Shown here: one piece after another, positions 35,588 through 40,917 of the stretch | Position numbering within the stretch: the stretch's first letter is position 1 | Layout of the letters: every line of letters starts with the position of its first letter | The notes under the pieces: generated by a model | Told to the model about the DNA's origin: nothing | Database searches by the model: none | What the model saw: the letters and a program-made list of their open reading frames with translations, nothing else | Made by a program: the position numbers and the translations under genes | IMG/VR virus record: IMGVR_UViG_3300020043_002142 | Location: 1 to 40,917 of that record | From: a virus | Taxonomy: Duplodnaviria > Caudoviricetes | Length of the DNA stretch: 40,917 bases | Direction: 5' to 3' (one strand)

Positions 35588-36586
35588 TTAGCAGTTGACA
35601 GTCCATTGTTTCTTATCGCTAACGTGGTATTCGTTAGCACCCATGCACCACTCACCAGTCGCGCCCCCTGCACGTGCAGTCTCGGGCACGTTGACGGTTG
35701 GCTCAGTAGAACGGGGCACAACCACAACGCGAACCTTGCCGCCATTAGGATGAGCCTTGGTGCGCTTAACGGGGGTCTTGGCATCCCCTACCTCATCGCC
35801 CTCTTTTGCGGGGCTTGTAGGGGGCTTCTCGCCCTTTGTAGGGGCATCCTTATTGCCTCCCTCCTGATCGGATGGATCACCATCATCGCAGGGGTTGCCG
35901 TCATCACTGCCTGTTGGGGGTTCAGGGTTGACGGGAGGAGGCTCAGGATTGACAGGGGGCTGAGGGGGTTGGATCTTGCACAATTGCTCAAAGACCCACT
36001 CGGCAAGCACCCATGTATCGGCAGTGTGTTGGCATGTGTTTAAACGTTTGCAAGCTTCATCAAAGATGGGCTTCAAGCCGTTAGCCAATGGCACTTTGAT
36101 TGTGCCGTGCTTGCGAGCATAGACTGCCAACACAAAGGGGTACTGCTTAGGATCTGACCAGTCGCTGACCTCATTGAGACCCTCGGTTGCCATGTTGTCG
36201 ATCAGCGTACCGAGCAAGCTTTCCACGTTGCCCGTCAACTTGCGCTCCACTGCACGGTTCTCAATGAACGCATCCTCCAAGCCGTTGTGCAAATGGATCA
36301 AGTACTCGACTGCATCGCGGTTGATGGCATTGAAGTTGGTGTACTTCCAGTGTAGAAGCTCATGCAGGGCAAAGCCTGTAAAGCGTTCAAGATCACCACG
36401 GGTCAGCACCGCATCGTCTGCGATGTTGGTGATGTAGACGTTACCCTGACGGTCAATAGCCGCAGTGGGAATGTCTGCTTTGAAAAGCACCTTGACACGG
36501 GACAGACCCAAGTCGGATGCGATTTTGTGAATGGCGGCAGTCAAGGCTGACTTGAACTCCCAACCGAAGTATTTTGCTTTAAGCAT
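35588..36586 (-). CDS. CobT N-terminal-like HExxH metalloprotein with acidic/Pro-rich tail
   Basis: LHELLHWKYT, NGLEDAFIE. Confidence 0.7.
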   Translation of the reverse strand: MLKAKYFGWEFKSALTAAIHKIASDLGLSRVKVLFKADIPTAAIDRQGNVYITNIADDAVLTRGDLERFTGFALHELLHWKYTNFNAINRDAVEYLIHLHNGLEDAFIENRAVERKLTGNVESLLGTLIDNMATEGLNEVSDWSDPKQYPFVLAVYARKHGTIKVPLANGLKPIFDEACKRLNTCQHTADTWVLAEWVFEQLCKIQPPQPPVNPEPPPVNPEPPTGSDDGNPCDDGDPSDQEGGNKDAPTKGEKPPTSPAKEGDEVGDAKTPVKRTKAHPNGGKVRVVVVPRSTEPTVNVPETARAGGATGEWCMGANEYHVSDKKQWTVNC

Positions 36587-36596
36587 TTTGCTCTCC

Positions 36597-38018
36597 TTAT
36601 AGCCACGACTTGATGTCGTTTTGATTGATGTATGCGGCCTTGATCACGTCAAGAGCGGCACGGGACTCAGCGGGTTGCCGAGAGGTTATTGCAGACTCCC
36701 AAGCCTCATCGACACTCAGCATGTTTAAACTGCGAATGAATGCGAGGGCGGAGCGGATCGATGGGGCATCGATGATGTCACCACTGTCAACCTTTGCACG
36801 GGCGGCATTGATGGCATCCACTACGTGACAGGCCAAGGCTTGATGGCAACCAGTGTGTCTCACCAGTGCTTCAACCTCTTGGTCACGGGGTAGGTATTCA
36901 AACTTGACGACACGGGCAAAGCGGTCAGCAAGTGATGAATTCATTTGGCGAGTGCCTGAGTAACGTCCCGAGGCATCACCGTTGGTCAGCGTGTTGTCAG
37001 CGGCAAAGACCAACACACCCTGCGCTCTGCGGTGCACTTGGCCTCCAAAGTTGACGGCACTGTTAGGCTCGAGAAAACCGTTCAGGGTAGCAAGCTCACC
37101 CGCATCACAGTTGGAGATCTCATCGAGCAAAACGATGGTTGACGGAGTGGTGAACGCGGTCAGGAAAGCACCACGTTTAAACACTGTCGCACCGTTCTCA
37201 AGGCCAACCGCACCCGCGTAATCCTCGGTGGTTGTGTACTTGTGGAAGTTGATGCGGGTGAATGAGCGGCCTGTGCGAGCGGCAAACTGCTTGGCGGTCT
37301 CGCTCTTGCCTGTACCCTTTTCACCTCCGAACCACACGTTGTCGCCTGTCTGTTGGCTGAGCAAGAGGTGCTTCAGGATCGACTCAGACCACACAAAGTT
37401 GGGGTCAATCGCAGGGGCATCGGGTGCATTCCAAATGTCCACGTAGACTTTCATGCCCTGAGAATCGTACAGGTCAACACCGAACACATCGAGGGCAGTC
37501 TTACTGTCAACGATTGTTGCGGCAACAGTGGAGGCCACTGCGGCTTGAGCACCCGCATCGATCACGGCCTGTTTAAACGGGGCAAAAGCCTTGGCAATTG
37601 CAGAGGCCACATCAGCGGCAACCTTTGTGTCATCGACACTGGAAACGGCCTGAGCCTTGGCCATCTGATCGAGGGTGATGCGCATGTTGGACACATCCCC
37701 TGCGATGGCGGCAACCGAGCCGTCAAGGGCGCGGGTAGCATCAAGCCCCTGCAAGGCGTAGGCGTGGGCACGATTGGCAACGGCCTCGATGGCATCAACC
37801 TTGGTGTTGTCCACTGTGGAGGACGACTGAATCACTGGGGTTGCGTTCTGCACCTGAGCGATGGTCAATTTACCTGCATTGATCTGCTCGACAAGCCAAG
37901 TGACACGGTCAAGCTTGGTGTTGAGGTTTGAGGGTGCACCGTGGGCGGTGGTTGCACCGATGATTTTGCCAACGGGGATGGACAACAGTTGGTCACGCAA
38001 AGTTAAAGTCTTGGTCAT
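36597..38018 (-). CDS. CobS/MoxR-type AAA+ ATPase
   Basis: Walker A GEKGTGKS, Walker B LLDE, ADN, Arg finger LADRF. Confidence 0.85.
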   Translation of the reverse strand: MTKTLTLRDQLLSIPVGKIIGATTAHGAPSNLNTKLDRVTWLVEQINAGKLTIAQVQNATPVIQSSSTVDNTKVDAIEAVANRAHAYALQGLDATRALDGSVAAIAGDVSNMRITLDQMAKAQAVSSVDDTKVAADVASAIAKAFAPFKQAVIDAGAQAAVASTVAATIVDSKTALDVFGVDLYDSQGMKVYVDIWNAPDAPAIDPNFVWSESILKHLLLSQQTGDNVWFGGEKGTGKSETAKQFAARTGRSFTRINFHKYTTTEDYAGAVGLENGATVFKRGAFLTAFTTPSTIVLLDEISNCDAGELATLNGFLEPNSAVNFGGQVHRRAQGVLVFAADNTLTNGDASGRYSGTRQMNSSLADRFARVVKFEYLPRDQEVEALVRHTGCHQALACHVVDAINAARAKVDSGDIIDAPSIRSALAFIRSLNMLSVDEAWESAITSRQPAESRAALDVIKAAYINQNDIKSWL

Positions 38019-38046
38019 TTTCTCTCTCCTACTAGTTTCTGTTTAT

Positions 38047-38661
38047 TCAAGCGAGGGCGAACATGTCGCCACATCTGCACGTGGGAAGCTCTACGTCACC
38101 GTGGGCGTTGTAAACCCACTTGGCGGTCATGCGAATTGAGCATTGGCATGTTGGGCAACGGGCAAGCAACATGCGTGTGCCTTGGCTTTTGTACGTGGAC
38201 ACGTCAACCTTGGCATGGGGGTAGACACCCAGTGAATCGATGATGGCCTGATAGGCATCAATGAAGTTCTGCCCGTGGGTCACTTCTTTGTAGGGGCTTG
38301 AGCCTGTGCCTGTGGGCAGAATGTGCAGGGCATCAGCGACACGGCTATAGCCAAGGGTTGTCACGTTGTACGCGCCCCGTGCGGTGCGGCACAGTTGAGC
38401 GATGAGGGTCTCGGTCACCTTGGTAGGGTTGTCCAAGATGGGGGAAATGTAGATCTCCCAGTGCCCATCGGCAGAGTTGGTGTTGGGGATGCACTCGCCA
38501 AGCACCTTAAAGCCTGAGCGTTTTGCATTGGTTGGGTAGGCACAGGCAACCCGAATCTCAGCGGGTAGGGTGTAACCACGGGAGGAGAAAAAGGGACGCA
38601 GTTCATCGACTGCGGCATTGAGCCAATCCTCACGATTGGCGTGGATGGTAGCGAGGGTCAT
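38047..38661 (-). CDS. SprT-like protein with degenerate HExxH and C-terminal zinc ribbon
   Basis: REDWL...GEC...EIYISP...TLIAQLCR...CPTC...CRC. Confidence 0.6.
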   Translation of the reverse strand: MTLATIHANREDWLNAAVDELRPFFSSRGYTLPAEIRVACAYPTNAKRSGFKVLGECIPNTNSADGHWEIYISPILDNPTKVTETLIAQLCRTARGAYNVTTLGYSRVADALHILPTGTGSSPYKEVTHGQNFIDAYQAIIDSLGVYPHAKVDVSTYKSQGTRMLLARCPTCQCSIRMTAKWVYNAHGDVELPTCRCGDMFALA

Positions 38662-38729
38662 GGATGGTCTCCGAGGGGTGGCAAAATTACCACTGCAATG
38701 CCCTGACTCGCAGGGCATCACGGTGAAAA

Positions 38730-38939
38730 TTACAGGGTGTCAAGGGCGGCTCGCTCAGCAAGCACATCCTTAAGCTTGAGCAAGGCATCTTGTACCTTGA
38801 TCACCTCATGCGGTGCTAAATCGTCCAATTCACCTTGGCGATTTTTAACTGCGCTATTGAGCGCATCAATTGCCAGTGAGTGGGCAAACTGTCGGGGGGT
38901 GTAGCCGTTGTTCATGCTGATACCTTTCTGTTTAAGCAT
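38730..38939 (-). CDS. Hypothetical protein (start may be 38915)
   Basis: Short helical ORF in the early region. Confidence 0.45.
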   Translation of the reverse strand: MLKQKGISMNNGYTPRQFAHSLAIDALNSAVKNRQGELDDLAPHEVIKVQDALLKLKDVLAERAALDTL

Positions 38940-39040
38940 TCGTTGTAAGTGCCAGTAAAGAAAATGCGGTAGCCGTTGCGCTCCACATCACCCTTACAGA
39001 CAATGATGTTGCCGTGGCGGTCAATTTGTGCGGTGTACAT
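38912..39040 (-). CDS. Hypothetical protein, 42 aa (not in ORF track)
   Basis: MYTAQIDRHGNIIVCKG...; GGGAGAG RBS. Confidence 0.5.
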   Translation of the reverse strand: MYTAQIDRHGNIIVCKGDVERNGYRIFFTGTYNECLNRKVSA

Positions 39041-39042
39041 GT

Positions 39043-39192
39043 TCACTCTCCCTTTTCTACTTTGATCAAGATGGCTTGATCTTCAATTGAGAGTAAGCAT
39101 CCCGCCATCATGTGCTTTTTCATGTACTTGATCAGGCGTTGGCGGTTGGCCTCTGTGGGGTTTGCCTTGTAGGCATCGATTAGCTTTTGCAT
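39043..39192 (-). CDS. Hypothetical protein, 49 aa (not in ORF track)
   Basis: MQKLIDAYKANPTEANRQRL...; GGAGA RBS. Confidence 0.5.
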   Translation of the reverse strand: MQKLIDAYKANPTEANRQRLIKYMKKHMMAGCLLSIEDQAILIKVEKGE

Positions 39193-39206
39193 GAGTAGGT
39201 CTCCAA

Positions 39207-39257
39207 GCAGTGCGACATTGCACTGGTGAACCCCGTAAGGCTCACCGCTGAAATGTC
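39207..39257 (-). repeat. Structured intergenic repeat, copy 1
   Basis: cagtgcgacattgcactggtgaaccccgtaaggctcaccgctg, near-identical to 39499-39549. Confidence 0.65.
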
Positions 39258-39483
39258 AGGCGGCATGAATGCGAGCAGTCCCTGCGTCATACCAACCATA
39301 GTCAAGGCCGTTGGCCGACAGAATGCTAACGATCTCAGGGTGCATGTAATCTCTCCCTGCGTCAGCCCATGTTGTCTTGTCGTTATCCTCTGCGCTGATC
39401 ACAAACCAATCAGGCTTGTTGATCACTGGTGCACCGAGGGCTTGCAGGGCGGCATAAGCTTTGTCAATTTGTGTCTGTTTCAT
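39256..39483 (-). CDS. Hypothetical protein
   Basis: 75 aa between the two repeats; AGGA RBS. Confidence 0.55.
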   Translation of the reverse strand: MKQTQIDKAYAALQALGAPVINKPDWFVISAEDNDKTTWADAGRDYMHPEIVSILSANGLDYGWYDAGTARIHAA

Positions 39484-39498
39484 GGTGTGTCCTAGTAA

Positions 39499-39549
39499 CA
39501 GTGCGACAGTGCACTGATAAACCCCGTAAGGCTTACCGCTGTACTGTCT
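39499..39549 (-). repeat. Structured intergenic repeat, copy 2
   Basis: cagtgcgacagtgcactgataaaccccgtaaggcttaccgctg. Confidence 0.65.
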
Positions 39550-39658
39550 ACAGCCCTCTGTGGTGCGATCACCTAGAGGGTGGAGAGATCTGCACTATCT
39601 GATGTTCTTTGCCCATCACGGGTCATCAGGTCTAAGCGGTAATCTCTGCGATGGCTGA

Positions 39659-39688
39659 ATTTTAACCACAACAATATTGTCGTGTAAA
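39659..39688 (-). promoter_or_regulatory. Possible early promoter
   Basis: TTTACA-N18-TAAAAT on the minus strand with an ACAATATTGT palindrome in the spacer. Confidence 0.35.
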
Positions 39689-40039
39689 CACCTGCAATAC
39701 TTACTTGAGTAAATTGTGGGGTTATTAAATCGTGATGGTGTGATGGACTCAAGACATTTCTTATTAGTACAGAAGAGTTTCGGTGTTGGACTAAAAGGTA
39801 TTCAATTTGGAGTGAAAGTAATACGTTTCCGAAAAGTATTAAAAAACGCTCAGAACGGCTCAGGTGAGGCGATCGGGAAGGGGTCAAGGGGTAGGGTGCT
39901 TGGAGGGTCAAAAAACGCACTGAGGCCGTTTAAATGCGAAAGCGCCACAGTTTTGGCGTATTACTTTAGCCATGTTCTGTAGTACTTAGGTAATCAAATC
40001 ATGTGTTGTTTTTATGCACTGTATAACAAATGTATAAGC

Positions 40040-40142
40040 TGTGGATAAGGCTGTGGATGAGTCGGGGCTGTGGATAAGCTGTGGATAACTTCCTGTGGAT
40101 AACTTTTGACTTGTCCACAGGGTGTTGATAAACTGTGCATAA
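40040..40142. promoter_or_regulatory. DnaA-box cluster
   Basis: TGTGGATAA at 40040, 40069, 40080 and 40094; one-mismatch boxes at 40052, 40111, 40123 and 40134. Confidence 0.7.
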
Positions 40143-40215
40143 TGCGAACAGTGCGTTTCCCTGAGTTGGTGAGCGGGAAATGTGGGGTGCTTACATATAG
40201 ATGGAGTGTTTAAAC

Positions 40216-40917
40216 ATGAGCAAGGCAAGCAAGGGTGAGTACAGGGCTGAACTGGAGGAGGCGATGGACGGGATCGAGGATTGGGCGGGTGATGAAGACC
40301 TCGCAGACCTTAGCGAAGCGGAACAGTATGCCCATGCCGCAGAGAAGCCAAGACTAAGAAAGGATGGAGAACATAGAGGGTCAGACATAAAGAGACCTAA
40401 GCCTTTAAGCCCACGGCAAGTGCTGTTCTGCCAAGGAGTAATACTGGGGAAAAGCCTACGGCAAGCATACAGAGATGCCTATGCCAATGACACAGGATCA
40501 GATGCTTCTATCAGTGCCAGTGCAAACAAACTAATGAAAGATCCAAGGATCAAACACATACTCCAAGAGGCATGGGAGGAGACTGCCGAACACCTGAGTG
40601 AAGACCTTGCCGCAAGCAAGAGATATGTTCTAAAGGGACTGTTGGCACTAAGCAAGAAAGCCAAGCAAGAGGGGACTAAATTAAAAGCACTGGAACTGCT
40701 AGGCAAAGCCGCAGGGTTGTTCACCCCGACAGAGGTACAAGACAAGGCAGTGATCACCGCAGATCAATTAAAGAGAGAACTTGCAGGCCACATGAAGCTT
40801 CTAGAGCAAAGTAGAAAAGGGAGAGTGAACATGTACACCGCACAAATTGACCGCCACGGCAACATCATTGTCTGTAAGGGTGATGTGGAGCGCAACGGCT
40901 ACCGCATTTTCTTTACT
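40216..40917 (+). CDS. terS: Terminase small subunit (3' end missing or chimeric; not in ORF track)
   Basis: LSPRQVLFCQG...SLRQAYRDAY...ANKLMKDPRI...KLKALELLGKAAGLF; no stop before the window end. Confidence 0.7.
   Translation, partial: MSKASKGEYRAELEEAMDGIEDWAGDEDLADLSEAEQYAHAAEKPRLRKDGEHRGSDIKRPKPLSPRQVLFCQGVILGKSLRQAYRDAYANDTGSDASISASANKLMKDPRIKHILQEAWEETAEHLSEDLAASKRYVLKGLLALSKKAKQEGTKLKALELLGKAAGLFTPTEVQDKAVITADQLKRELAGHMKLLEQSRKGRVNMYTAQIDRHGNIIVCKGDVERNGYRIFFT
40807..40917. repeat. 111-bp exact inverted copy of 38954-39064
   Basis: Direct reverse-complement comparison. Confidence 0.9.

Noticed and set aside
39595-39635. Hammerhead ribozyme (CUGAUGA followed by a stem on the minus strand)
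   Set aside because: The stem is followed by CAAA rather than GAAA, and CUGAUG pairs with a downstream CAUCAG as a simple hairpin
1-40917. tRNA, rRNA, integrase, transposase or reverse transcriptase genes
   Set aside because: None recognised by eye; a tRNAscan/Infernal run would be needed to exclude small RNAs in 29250-29620

Overview
This is a ~41 kb partial genome of a tailed dsDNA phage, probably podovirus-like because it has ejection proteins and a giant polyvalent protein but no tape measure or tail tube gene. Portal, large terminase, capsid and DNA polymerase genes are not in the window. Layout: lysis cassette (1-2.3 kb, +); virion, ejection and 3115-aa polyvalent genes (2.3-21.3 kb, +); a minus-strand operon of small, recombination and nuclease genes (21.3-28.4 kb); a plus-strand replication block with RusA, HNH and primase-helicase (28.4-33.1 kb); a minus-strand early region with a CobS/CobT-like trio and a SprT-like gene (33.2-39.5 kb); a DnaA-box cluster; and a small terminase gene cut off by a probable chimeric contig end. 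The best find is at 23.27-24.92 kb. A RAMP/Cas7-like gene is followed by a ~500 bp non-coding array of ten units made of alternating GGN triplets and variable dinucleotides, separated by GGCAGGC, and then a partner gene. This looks like a non-CRISPR RNA-guided (VIPR-type) system. Other highlights are about 36 copies of the palindrome GTTTAAAC, a -1 frameshift signal that would extend an ejection protein, and a T4 T-like holin beside a second holin. All family calls come from motif recognition by eye, not database searches.
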